This document shows positions 45,751 through 55,301 of a stretch of 64,000 bases of DNA, one piece after another. The DNA comes from an uncultured virus (IMG/VR IMGVR_UViG_3300008111_000024). Its lineage: Duplodnaviria; Heunggongvirae; Uroviricota; Caudoviricetes. The position numbers and the translations under genes were made by a program. The stretch lies in IMG/VR virus record IMGVR_UViG_3300008111_000024. One strand, written 5' to 3'. Within the stretch, counting starts at the first letter, position 1. Every line of letters begins with the position of its first letter. The notes under the pieces were generated by a model. The model searched no databases. It was given only the letters and a program-made list of their open reading frames with translations, and was not told where the DNA came from.

Positions 45751-45995
45751 TATTGTCTTGTTTTGGTAATTTTAACTGTAATTCCCGCAGTACCGTATGA
45801 TAAGTCATAGGTATTAAATCGATTGTCATTTATAAACCCATAATCTTTAAATCTAAAAATTATTTTATCTTCATTATTGTACCAACCGTGTATCGCATTT
45901 GTTGCATAATCTATTGATGGGTGTTTAATTAACCCCGCAACCCAAGGTGTTCTGAATTCTTCTTCAAACTCTTCAATACCTACGTGTATTAACAT
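45750..45995 (-). CDS. Hypothetical protein
   Basis: 81 aa, coupled. Confidence 0.72.
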   Translation of the reverse strand: MLIHVGIEEFEEEFRTPWVAGLIKHPSIDYATNAIHGWYNNEDKIIFRFKDYGFINDNRFNTYDLSYGTAGITVKITKTRQ

Positions 45996-46004
45996 AATTT
46001 AAAC

Positions 46005-46217
46005 TTATTTAATGTAGGTAGTAAAATAATTTGACTTTTCAATCAACTTATTTATTTCATCAATAGTTTCGGTAACGTGATGTACATTAATGGAACCAAA
46101 ACCCATACTAATTAAAGTAAATCCGTTTTCCATACCTTCAATACTTTCAATTAAGATTGGATTTACGTTTACAGGTGTACCGTTTTTTTTCGTCAATTTT
46201 ATAAAATTATTTTTCAT
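46005..46217 (-). CDS. FlbD-like small protein
   Basis: FIKLTKKNG...VNPILIESIE...VTETIDEI. Confidence 0.65.
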   Translation of the reverse strand: MKNNFIKLTKKNGTPVNVNPILIESIEGMENGFTLISMGFGSINVHHVTETIDEINKLIEKSNYFTTYIK

Positions 46218-46349
46218 ACATTAAATTATATTGAATTATACTAAACTATTTATTATAAAACAAGCCCCCTCATAAAAATTGAGGACTTTTAGGACCGTTA
46301 CCGTTTCGGTAACAAAAAAAAGGGGAATTCGCTACTCCCCTTTTATTTT

Positions 46350-46496
46350 TTAAAAAAATACCGACCAAATTTTTAAAAAAATCCATTTTGCAATATAAAC
46401 ACAAGACATCAAGATAACCAAAGCAAGTCCAATAATAAGTCCAATTGTACTTAAACCTAATAATGTTAGCCCTATTTTCATTAATTTTGACATCAT
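46350..46496 (-). CDS. Small membrane protein (48 aa, MMSKLMKIGLTLLG...)
   Basis: TATCTTTG-N4-ATG; different frame from track ORF 46270-46503. Confidence 0.6.
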   Translation of the reverse strand: MMSKLMKIGLTLLGLSTIGLIIGLALVILMSCVYIAKWIFLKIWSVFF

Positions 46497-46519
46497 AGGA
46501 CAAAGATAAAAATAAATTT

Positions 46520-46939
46520 TTAATCTACCAAATTATTTTGTTCGATTAATTTTGCAATTCGTAATCTACCTTTTTCATTAATTGGTATTGGGTTACCTTC
46601 CTCATCAATTCTAACAAACCTAATATTAGTTTTAAGGACCACTATTTGATTACCTGTGTAAACATTGTGAGCTCTTGCTTCCATATATAGTGTAACTGAA
46701 GTATTACCTAACTTACTTGGGTATCCATATATTTTAAGTAATTGTCCTTCCTTTGCTGGTTTTTCAAAAAAACATTTGTCTATGGAGACAGTAACCATTC
46801 TTGGGGAATCACATAACTGCATAGAGTACCCTGCAGCTGCGGCATCAATCCAAGCCAATAACTTACCTCCAAATAAATTTCCGTGAAATCCTAAGTCAGA
46901 TTTTTTAATTGGGTGTGTATTTAAAAGTTCCATACCCAA
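46520..46939 (-). CDS. Acyl-CoA thioesterase (hotdog fold)
   Basis: HGNLFGGKLLAWIDAAA, VTVSID, GNTSV, FVRIDEEG. Confidence 0.9.
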   Translation of the reverse strand: MGMELLNTHPIKKSDLGFHGNLFGGKLLAWIDAAAAGYSMQLCDSPRMVTVSIDKCFFEKPAKEGQLLKIYGYPSKLGNTSVTLYMEARAHNVYTGNQIVVLKTNIRFVRIDEEGNPIPINEKGRLRIAKLIEQNNLVD

Positions 46940-47002
46940 GTATAAAAAAAATCCCCTTAATAAGAAAGGGGATTTTAATTATTACATTAATTAAAGTAAT
47001 TT

Positions 47003-47269
47003 TTACTCTTGTTCTTTAGTCGCTTCAGCAACATCTTTTTTCATCGCAGTAAATTTATCAAATGATGATAAACCTAAACATCCAAATGCTAATAAAGCAA
47101 CTGCATTAACTAATGAGTCAGCAGGTTTAATATCACCGTGTGAATAACTATTAACATACATTGTTCCACAAAGTGTTAATGCACATACGATTCCTACGAA
47201 TCTTTTTGATGAAGGAGTTCCCTTTTCGTCTTTAAATAGGCCTGAAAGCCAGTCAATTATTTTTTTCAT
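47003..47269 (-). CDS. Two-TM membrane protein (holin-like)
   Basis: G..SSKRF followed by two TM helices; TATTTAT upstream. Confidence 0.72.
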   Translation of the reverse strand: MKKIIDWLSGLFKDEKGTPSSKRFVGIVCALTLCGTMYVNSYSHGDIKPADSLVNAVALLAFGCLGLSSFDKFTAMKKDVAEATKEQE

Positions 47270-47305
47270 ATCTTGGTAGTTTATACCAATAAATATCTTA
47301 AAAAT

Positions 47306-47603
47306 AAAAAAAGGGAGACCGTCGTCTCCCTTTGTACTCCCCCGTCAGGGATTGTTAGAAATTTTACTTAGGACTTCTGAGTTCCTGTGTGGGTTGAACA
47401 TCCACCACTTTTATTAAGGACGAAAGTGAGTAAAAAACCTGGCAGATTTAAACTTATTTTAGTGTACTCTAGGTTAAAGTTAAGGTATTTCCAACCTGTA
47501 AACCTTATCACTTTGCGTTCGTTTTATTATGTGTTTAAAGAGGTCTAATAAAATCTGCGGGTGTAGTGAATGAAAACCCTTGAAAAAACTTCCTCTGTTC
47601 AAT
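47306..47603 (-). ncRNA. Unassigned ~300-nt RNA with its own promoter and terminator
   Basis: TTTG-N20-TATCTTTG at 47639-47608; GCAGATTT/AAATCTGC helix; terminator AAAGGGAGAC/GTCTCCCTTT. Confidence 0.55.
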
Positions 47604-47649
47604 ACTTCAAAGATACGAAAGTTATTTTAAACTGTCAAATCTTTTTTTG

Positions 47650-47723
47650 TGGTAGGGACTGGAATCGAACCAATGGCACACCGCTCTTCGAACGGATGCT
47701 CTACCTTCTGAGCTACCACTACC
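47650..47723 (-). tRNA. Degenerate tRNA-Phe(GAA)-like gene
   Basis: D- and T-arms intact; loop TCGAAGA (C33); acceptor mismatch; own TATATTTG promoter and boxA-like site. Confidence 0.6.
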
Positions 47724-47840
47724 ATTTAAGTTTTAAAGAACTATGGTACAAATATACGATTATTTATTAACTCTGTCAAATAAAAAAAGGAAGATTTCTC
47801 TTCCTTTTTAATTTTTTTAATTTTTTTAATATTTTAAATT

Positions 47841-48857
47841 TTACTCAAATTTAACGTGAACATATTCACCTAAAGGTCCAGCGGCCTTTAAAACGTAAGG
47901 AGCACTATTTAATTCAGGAATAGCCTTTTTCAACTCATTATAAGTGTTATACGCCTTTGCCTTACATAGTTGTAAGTTACCACTACCATCATCATTATTA
48001 CCCACAACTAAATCATTAAATTCAGTGTTATCAGACCATTTTGAATTATTTGTATCATTCTCCATATGACCTGCAGGTAATTTAGATGTTGATGCGTTAA
48101 TCATTAATCTATTAATTTTACCACCGTTTGAAATAAAATCTTTAATTGTTTTAATAAAAGATGCGGTATGTAGATTATGTGGAGTCGCACTATTTTCGGC
48201 AAAAAACTCACCAATGTTATAAGTCTTAGGTAATTTTAACATATTTTGATTGATTCCAAAATCTTTTAAAGATATTGGTTGTCCGTGCATTGCAACTTCT
48301 AATCTAATACCATATTCTTTACCGTGTTTGAAAGCGGATTGTTGGAAGAATATTTTGTTACCTGGTTTAGCATCAATTAAGTTTATTTTACCCTCAACTC
48401 CGTCAGGGAATTCCGTACCAACAACAATACCACCTAATGTTGGTGACATAAATTTCTGAGAGAAGAATAATACAGGTATCATACTTCCAAAATTAACAAT
48501 TGCTTCGTTTTTACCATAAATGAATTTTCCGTAATTAATTGCGTTTTTCATTTTTTGGTCAAAAGATAATCCTGTCAATTCTTTACCTTTAATATTCTCA
48601 TCATCAACCTCTTGGGTTTTTTGAGTCCATTCTGCAGATATTTCAGTTGTAGATGGAAATTCAACGGATAGGTTAGGGGATAGTTCACCATTTGTTTTGT
48701 CTGCCAAAAACATTTTACTACCATCAACATAAAAATAAAAACCACCTAAAGTAAAATATTGACCTGTTGGCTCAACAATATTATTATCGTGTTCTTTTAT
48801 AACTTTAGTGACAATTCTTCTTAAGTCACTTTCGTTTAATTTTATAATTTTTTTCAT
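47841..48857 (-). CDS. Hypothetical protein (putative virion cargo)
   Basis: MKKIIKLNESDLRRIVTKVIKE. Confidence 0.8.
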   Translation of the reverse strand: MKKIIKLNESDLRRIVTKVIKEHDNNIVEPTGQYFTLGGFYFYVDGSKMFLADKTNGELSPNLSVEFPSTTEISAEWTQKTQEVDDENIKGKELTGLSFDQKMKNAINYGKFIYGKNEAIVNFGSMIPVLFFSQKFMSPTLGGIVVGTEFPDGVEGKINLIDAKPGNKIFFQQSAFKHGKEYGIRLEVAMHGQPISLKDFGINQNMLKLPKTYNIGEFFAENSATPHNLHTASFIKTIKDFISNGGKINRLMINASTSKLPAGHMENDTNNSKWSDNTEFNDLVVGNNDDGSGNLQLCKAKAYNTYNELKKAIPELNSAPYVLKAAGPLGEYVHVKFE

Positions 48858-48939
48858 AATTAAGTTTCTTGTATATAAATACCTTTGTTTAATTAAATAT
48901 TGTTATACTTCATAACAATAAATGAGTATATTTATAAGT

Positions 48940-49512
48940 ATGTCTAATAATATCATCGATTTCATAAAAAAACAAGGTAATATATTTAACGCCGCCAAGT
49001 ATTTTGGGGGTTTCGATAAATTACGTGAACTAACTAAAGGTAACGGTGAATTAAAATCTTTTATACGAAAAAATTCTAAGGGTTGGTTAAATTTTAAAGC
49101 CAGCGGAAATGACTACGAATTTGACTTCTATATTTTAGATTATGATATGGAAGATGTGGATAATGATGCGGTACACATCACTTTATTCGTTGATTTAATT
49201 GTTGATTATCCAAATTTGAGTGACGAAGAATTATTAACGATAGGTAAATGGGCGTCAGAATATTGTGAAGACGGTTCTCTTCATACAGTTTCTACAGGAA
49301 AATACATAGTTGATAAAGAAACTATTGCCTATTATATGGTACAAGTTGACCAAATTAACGGTAAAGATGTTCCTTGGGTACCTAGTAAATTATTAGATGA
49401 CCAAGATTTAATTGTACCTGATGAGACAGTTAAAGATTTAATTAAAAAGAGTTCGGAAACAAAAGAAACTGTTACAGAGTCGTTAATTAGGTTACAAAAT
49501 TTATTTAAGTAA
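48940..49512 (+). CDS. Hypothetical protein (start revised to MSNNII)
   Basis: TATTTAT-N4-ATG; C-terminal VTESLIRLQNLFK. Confidence 0.78.
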   Translation: MSNNIIDFIKKQGNIFNAAKYFGGFDKLRELTKGNGELKSFIRKNSKGWLNFKASGNDYEFDFYILDYDMEDVDNDAVHITLFVDLIVDYPNLSDEELLTIGKWASEYCEDGSLHTVSTGKYIVDKETIAYYMVQVDQINGKDVPWVPSKLLDDQDLIVPDETVKDLIKKSSETKETVTESLIRLQNLFK

Positions 49513-49755
49513 ATTATTTAATTTTCTTTTTAAATTATAGTAACCCCTTCTAGATGTTGGTGACAACCAAAAATACAATCCAAAGAAACAAGCCGAAAGG
49601 CAATAGAAAATTAAATCCGTAGTCCAATAAGACCCTGTCCACTTCATTATTAACGCGAACAGAGCGTCGAACCCTAACGGATTGAAGAACGTTGCGAGGA
49701 TTAGACTCAGCATCGCCAATTTTCTCTTTATGTTTTTCTTCCCTATAACTCTCAC
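49501..49755 (-). CDS. Small membrane protein
   Basis: LATFFNPLGFDALF; two TM helices. Confidence 0.65.
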   Translation of the reverse strand: MRVIGKKNIKRKLAMLSLILATFFNPLGFDALFALIMKWTGSYWTTDLIFYCLSACFFGLYFWLSPTSRRGYYNLKRKLNNLLK

Positions 49756-49948
49756 CGTCCATATGGTAATATCTAAAAGTTTATCTCTTTCGAGAACTTA
49801 TTAAAAGTTGTTTACAAATAAATATAACAATAATATATTTAATAGTGAAACCTTGTTACTGAGGTCCACCCGTTTTTTATGACGGTTGAGTTGGAGAAAT
49901 ACCAACGAAGTGGGGTTCAATAAACATAAAAATTAAAATAAGGAAAAA

Positions 49949-50734
49949 ATGTATTATCAAACAAAAACTGCAACGCCTTGTGCGTTCATTACAAAAGACA
50001 GACAACGTCTTAAACAATTTGGACAATCAGTCTATCTTAAAAACGGGGAAGAATTTGAAATTGAATTATTTAACCCATCCCAATCAACAGTATTATCAAA
50101 AATTAAAATTAACGGAAACTATCTTTCAGGTGGTGGTATTGTAATTAAACCTGGTCAAAGAGTTTTCCTTGAGAGGTATTTAGACGATGCTAAAAAATTT
50201 AAATTTGAAACTTACGAAGTTGATGGGTCATCCAATGAAGTATTGGAAGCAATTGCAAACAATGGTGATGTGACCATAGAATTCTATGAGGAGTACATCA
50301 AACCAATTATGTCAAATCCTATATGGATTACTAATTACCCACCATCTCAACCAATGTATTATGGTAACACTTATACCACAACAGGATTAGGTCAAACATC
50401 AACTAACTATTCTTCAAACGTGTCAATGTCTTATTCATCTAATTCATCAAATACATTTGAAGGTCCTAACGTTAGAAGTTTTTTCTCAGGAAAAAAGAAA
50501 TCTAAAAGTTTAGAAACAGGTAGAGTAGAGAAGGGTGGAAGTAGTAAACAATCATTCTCAACTGTCGACAAAGACTTTAATTCTTGGACAGTATCAAAAT
50601 CGGTTTGGAAAATCCTTCCTGAATCAGTTAAACCTTACGAGTCAAAAGACATTAAAGTTTACTGTACTGAGTGTGGTTCAAAACGAAAAAAAGATTCTCA
50701 TAAATTTTGTCCAAATTGCGGAACAAAATATTAA
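49949..50734 (+). CDS. Hypothetical protein with C-terminal zinc ribbon
   Basis: YCTECG...FCPNCGTKY; structured 5' UTR. Confidence 0.85.
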   Translation: MYYQTKTATPCAFITKDRQRLKQFGQSVYLKNGEEFEIELFNPSQSTVLSKIKINGNYLSGGGIVIKPGQRVFLERYLDDAKKFKFETYEVDGSSNEVLEAIANNGDVTIEFYEEYIKPIMSNPIWITNYPPSQPMYYGNTYTTTGLGQTSTNYSSNVSMSYSSNSSNTFEGPNVRSFFSGKKKSKSLETGRVEKGGSSKQSFSTVDKDFNSWTVSKSVWKILPESVKPYESKDIKVYCTECGSKRKKDSHKFCPNCGTKY

Positions 50735-50818
50735 TTAAAAATAATAACAAGGTTTCAACCCTCACTAAAAGTGGGGGTTTTTTTATGTTAGTAAGTCATA
50801 TTTATTTAAAAAAAAGTT

Positions 50819-51415
50819 ATGAGTTACACAAGAGAAAAAATTGAATCCGCAGTAAAATCAAAAGGTTACGTTTGGTTTGAAGGTGCGAAAGACTTCGACG
50901 TTAATATCGTAGGAGTTAGAAACTCGGCAACGGGTGATAAAGTAACAAACGTATTTGACGATACTATGACAGTATCGTATAAAGAAAATGGTGAATGGAA
51001 ATTTCATCAATGGTCTTGTACAACAGACCCAGGAAAAAAGGCAATGTTAGAATACCATAATGCTAATGGTGTTGCTAGATTGGTTGAGGGTCAATATAGA
51101 GGGTCTCACACTATTGGATTACACCAAGGTAAGTATGAAGCTTTAAGACAAGCAAAAAACGTTAAGGTTTACCGTGATAAAGATAAAGATATGCAATACG
51201 ATGAGAACGTAATCCAAGAAGGTATTTTTGGAATTAACATTCACCGTAGCTCCGCAACAGGTACTTCAACGTTTGTTGAAAACTGGTCTGAAGGATGTCA
51301 AGTATTTGCAAATGTTAAGGATTTTGAACAATTTATGAAAATTTGTAAAAAAGCTAGAGAAATTCACGGTAACAGTTTTACCTACACACTGATAGAATCA
51401 TCTGATATTAAATAA
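50819..51415 (+). CDS. L,D-transpeptidase-like (His/Cys) protein
   Basis: GINIHRS...WSEGCQV. Confidence 0.65.
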   Translation: MSYTREKIESAVKSKGYVWFEGAKDFDVNIVGVRNSATGDKVTNVFDDTMTVSYKENGEWKFHQWSCTTDPGKKAMLEYHNANGVARLVEGQYRGSHTIGLHQGKYEALRQAKNVKVYRDKDKDMQYDENVIQEGIFGINIHRSSATGTSTFVENWSEGCQVFANVKDFEQFMKICKKAREIHGNSFTYTLIESSDIK

Positions 51416-51441
51416 AAAAACCCCCGAAAGGGGGTTTTTTG

Positions 51442-51645
51442 TTACTTTTTAGGGAAGTTTTTCATTAAACTATTAATCATTTTCATTGATTCTTCCATAT
51501 GTTTAGGGTCTCCTAATGTCGGGATTTGTGGCCCCTGTTTAAAATTTGATATGGTATTTCCAAACTTTTTATAAAGAAAAATACCAAAACCTAAAAAAGT
51601 TAGTAGAATCAAACACAACACCGTTAAAATAAAATTCAAATACAT
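51442..51645 (-). CDS. Small single-pass membrane protein
   Basis: N-terminal TM helix. Confidence 0.65.
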   Translation of the reverse strand: MYLNFILTVLCLILLTFLGFGIFLYKKFGNTISNFKQGPQIPTLGDPKHMEESMKMINSLMKNFPKK

Positions 51646-51687
51646 AGTTTTTATTTTAAGTATAATAATTTGATTATAAAAAATCAA

Positions 51688-52491
51688 TTATTTTTTTGCG
51701 GGTGCTGGTGGTAATGTGAATTTTTGAACTTCTTGGTCTGTTGTTGGAGTCTCGTATGTACCCGTATTACTTGACCATTGGTAAACTAAAGATTTCTGTA
51801 AAGTATTATTTTCAACTTTGGCAGTTTTCTTATCCGTATCAAAAGTTATTGTAGCATCTGCTGGCAAATCTCCTTGATAAATTGTTTTATACCATCTTTT
51901 AAATTCTTCTTGGTCGTTAAATTTAAATTTATCATCAGTCTGAGCAAAAGGAGTTTGTTTTGAACCTCTTTCTTGGTCACCAAATTCACTTCTCTTATAA
52001 TCACTGTAAGGTTCTTGTGGAGCAACTGTTGTAGTTGTAGTTGTTGGAGCGTTATATGGTGCAGGAGTGTTTATTACATCAGTTTGACTTAAAGTAATTG
52101 TTTCGTTTCTACCCATACCTAATTTGTGAACTATAGTTTCGTCGGTAATTGTCGAAGCGTTATACAAATCATTAAGTTCTTTACTGGTTTTTAATTCACT
52201 CCATATTTTATTTACGGAGTCCCAATAACGAAATTCTTTTTTACCTCCTTTAAACTCTTCTTTATGAGCTTCCCAAGCTTTTTTAGTGTTAGGACCAAAT
52301 GTACCATAACCTTTACCTTTATTTAATTTTTTACCATTTAACCATTCAGGGTAAGTAGTATCTAACCAATCTTGGAAGGCTTTAACATCTTCTGGCTTAT
52401 CTTGGGCTTGTTCAGTAATTGTTTGTCTATATAAATCTTTAATATGGGTAACATCATTTTCAGTTATCACCAACGCTAAACTATTTTTCAT
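51688..52491 (-). CDS. Protein with peptidoglycan-binding-like repeat
   Basis: VKAFQDWLD...GYGTFGPNTKKAW, also found in 19354-21495. Confidence 0.78.
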   Translation of the reverse strand: MKNSLALVITENDVTHIKDLYRQTITEQAQDKPEDVKAFQDWLDTTYPEWLNGKKLNKGKGYGTFGPNTKKAWEAHKEEFKGGKKEFRYWDSVNKIWSELKTSKELNDLYNASTITDETIVHKLGMGRNETITLSQTDVINTPAPYNAPTTTTTTVAPQEPYSDYKRSEFGDQERGSKQTPFAQTDDKFKFNDQEEFKRWYKTIYQGDLPADATITFDTDKKTAKVENNTLQKSLVYQWSSNTGTYETPTTDQEVQKFTLPPAPAKK

Positions 52492-52526
52492 TCCGTTTTT
52501 TATTTATAAATATCAAATTATTTTAT

Positions 52527-52838
52527 TTAATCTAAAGTCCTATTAATATCGATATAATATTTAATTGTCCTTCTAACTATGTTTATATCTAAATTTGGAA
52601 ATACATCCTCAATTTCGTTATAAATTCTAGCAACTAAGTATTTTTTATTATCGTCTAAGTTTCTGGTCTTATCATCAATCATAATACTCCTATGAATATA
52701 TGGCTTATCTCCGAAATTATACTCTCTTTGATATATTGGGAAATGTCTTTTAAGATAAGTTAAAAGTTTTTCATCAGTATTCCCTTTATACTTACTTATG
52801 ATATCATTTTTCTCTTCTTCTGTAATAATAAGTCTCAT
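52527..52838 (-). CDS. Hypothetical protein
   Basis: MRLIITEEEK; TATTTAT-N4-ATG. Confidence 0.78.
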   Translation of the reverse strand: MRLIITEEEKNDIISKYKGNTDEKLLTYLKRHFPIYQREYNFGDKPYIHRSIMIDDKTRNLDDNKKYLVARIYNEIEDVFPNLDINIVRRTIKYYIDINRTLD

Positions 52839-52883
52839 ATCTATAAATACACTTTATTCTTAATTATACTATAATTATTAAAT

Positions 52884-53153
52884 ATGAAAAGAATGCTTGA
52901 ACATCTTATTAACGTTATCCAAAAAGAAGATATGGAACTTATGTTTGGTGTTGGTAGTAAAGTTAGAATAGAATCTGTAACTTACTCGACCAATACAAAA
53001 AAGTATGTTGTTCACGCAAAAGTTTTTGCGACTGAAATAGACGATTCATTAGATGTGTTTCCAACAGGACTTAATATTCTAATAAATGAGGGTTGGAAAT
53101 ATACTGGGTTCGAAGATGAACTAACCCTAATTAATACTTTAGATGTTCTTTAG
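52884..53153 (+). CDS. Hypothetical protein
   Basis: 89-aa ORF. Confidence 0.7.
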   Translation: MKRMLEHLINVIQKEDMELMFGVGSKVRIESVTYSTNTKKYVVHAKVFATEIDDSLDVFPTGLNILINEGWKYTGFEDELTLINTLDVL

Positions 53154-54946
53154 AATTTTCTTGTGTAGAATCCTGAACCTTCGTTATTAAATTTATTATT
53201 AAATTCTTCAGTAATATTCACGTTATCACAACCCTTCAAATTAACAAACATTAAGTTAGGCAATCCTAATATTGATTGTGGTATTTCTGTTAAAGATGGG
53301 TTATCTGGTAAAGCCAAGAAAGATAAGTTTTTCAATTCCCCAACCTCCTCAGGAAGACTCTTAACACACTTCATTAACAATAACGCTTCCAAGTTTTTAA
53401 ATCTACTAATAGTTGGTGGTACCACTAAACTAAAGTCATCTTTAGATTTGTTATTAAATAAGAAATTAGTGATATTTTCAGGTAACGCTTCGAATAATTC
53501 GTCAAATCCGTACAATGCAACAAATTTAGATGAATTTCCGTTAGGATATTCTATTTCAACTTTAGTACCATTAATTGTTAAATCTTTAGCAAATTTTCCT
53601 TTCATATCCTCTTTTAGTTTTTTCAACATAGGAGTGTTTAAAAGAGCGATATCTTCAGTACTTAAATTGTTAACATTTGTTTGTTTAAGTTTTTCAATTT
53701 TTTTACCAACATAGTAACGAATAACTTCAGGTTCTGATGATTTTATCATTGTTGATGATAAGTTCATACCTAAGGCTATATATTTTTTCTTTAAATCAGG
53801 AGTTAAATGTGCGTATTGTTCGTCACTAAGTTTTGGACTGTTATATTCTAACCACATTTCAACTTCTTGAGGTGAGTTAAAAGATTTCATAGGGTTTTCA
53901 CCTACTCTAGCATTTCTAACTGTGTTAATTAACGTTCTTTCTTCCTGTGTTAATGGTTTTGGAACAAATAACTTTTGTAAACCTTCTAATTTTGGAACTT
54001 TAGATACTATTTCAGACCACGGAATGTTTGTTGAGCCTCCGTATCTACCTGAGTTAGACCTGTCAGCCATTGCCATTCTACCGTCAGGGTCAACAAGGAT
54101 AACCACCGCATAATTTAAATCGTCAAAGTTCATATCTTCATCAACAACGTAATAAAGAGTTCTTTCGTGACCTAATCTATAGTTGTAGTACATATTACCA
54201 CTACCTTCACGACTGGTACACCAACTTCTTCCATTTTTTAATCTAATACATTGGTCTTTTGTTAATGGAGCAAATACTTTAAGGTTATTTTCATCGTAAA
54301 TTAGGTCAATATCACCATAATCTTCTTTGTTGTTGTCAGACGCACCTTTTTTTCCTTGTAAACCGTCTAAAAGGTGTTCTAATTCACTGAAAGTCATCTT
54401 GTCAATACCTTTAGTCTCAAAAGGAATTAAATCGAAATTTTCCCCATAAGAATCGATATAAAACAATATTTGGTCTTGGGTTAAATTAGGATTCTCTTTA
54501 GAAAACTTCTCAAACATTTTTTTACTCAATAATCGAGAATATAAATCATCCACAATTTTAACCAATCCAAGGTAATTGTATTTAAGAATGTTTTGTTTGT
54601 CTTTAGGTAATTCAGATTTGATTTCTAAAAACTTTTTAATATAACGTTTTAAAGCGTTATTCTCAATCCCTTTTTCTTTCTTTTTAAATTCTGTAAAAAT
54701 ATCACCAACACTTTTAACACTTTCTTTAGATTGTACTATATTTTTTAACTCATCGTATGAGTATCTCATAATATCTCTCTTATCGGCAGGTAAACCTTGT
54801 TTGTATCGGTCAAATGAATCGATTGCGGAAATAATCTCTTCTTCAGTATCAGTAGTATTACCACTAAACTTGGCAACAAGTTGTTTCTTAAGTTTTTCAG
54901 AAACCTCCAGTATTATATTACTACTAAGTAAATTTAATAATTTCAT
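53150..54946 (-). CDS. Protein with helical repeats, SWC domain and C-terminal leucine-rich repeats
   Basis: GRSWCTS; LPEEVGELKNLSFLAL..N..L..IPQSI..L.NL..VNL. Confidence 0.82.
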   Translation of the reverse strand: MKLLNLLSSNIILEVSEKLKKQLVAKFSGNTTDTEEEIISAIDSFDRYKQGLPADKRDIMRYSYDELKNIVQSKESVKSVGDIFTEFKKKEKGIENNALKRYIKKFLEIKSELPKDKQNILKYNYLGLVKIVDDLYSRLLSKKMFEKFSKENPNLTQDQILFYIDSYGENFDLIPFETKGIDKMTFSELEHLLDGLQGKKGASDNNKEDYGDIDLIYDENNLKVFAPLTKDQCIRLKNGRSWCTSREGSGNMYYNYRLGHERTLYYVVDEDMNFDDLNYAVVILVDPDGRMAMADRSNSGRYGGSTNIPWSEIVSKVPKLEGLQKLFVPKPLTQEERTLINTVRNARVGENPMKSFNSPQEVEMWLEYNSPKLSDEQYAHLTPDLKKKYIALGMNLSSTMIKSSEPEVIRYYVGKKIEKLKQTNVNNLSTEDIALLNTPMLKKLKEDMKGKFAKDLTINGTKVEIEYPNGNSSKFVALYGFDELFEALPENITNFLFNNKSKDDFSLVVPPTISRFKNLEALLLMKCVKSLPEEVGELKNLSFLALPDNPSLTEIPQSILGLPNLMFVNLKGCDNVNITEEFNNKFNNEGSGFYTRKF

Positions 54947-55031
54947 TATATTAATTAATTTTAATAAAACTAGTTAAACTAGTGCACTAGAAACTAGAAC
55001 TAGTTATAAATATTCGTTTTTTCGTAAATTT

Positions 55032-55268
55032 TCACTCAGTAAACACATTAAATTCAAAACCTGTTAAATTTGTTAATGTATTACTCAAGTTATTAGTCTC
55101 TCTTTTATCACCCTTAATATTAACCCCAACAAATATTGCAGGACTATCCTCAATCCATTCCTGTTGTTCAGTCAACTTATTTCGAGGCAAAACTTCATAA
55201 CTTTTGATTTCAATTTCTAAATCTTTGTACAATGTCTCAAATATTTTTTTAGTGGTTTCTATTCTCAC
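55032..55268 (-). CDS. Hypothetical protein
   Basis: 78-aa ORF with GTG start. Confidence 0.65.
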   Translation of the reverse strand: MRIETTKKIFETLYKDLEIEIKSYEVLPRNKLTEQQEWIEDSPAIFVGVNIKGDKRETNNLSNTLTNLTGFEFNVFTE

Positions 55269-55301
55269 AAGATTAACTATTTATTATTAAAACATATATA
55301 A

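Noticed and set aside
46270..46503. Track ORF of 77 aa
   Set aside because: Its start lies inside the promoter and it runs through a terminator; the alternative frame 46496-46350 fits the promoter spacing.
49846..50757. Retron interpretation of the terminal inverted repeat
   Set aside because: No reverse transcriptase in the window, and the repeat encloses a protein-coding gene.
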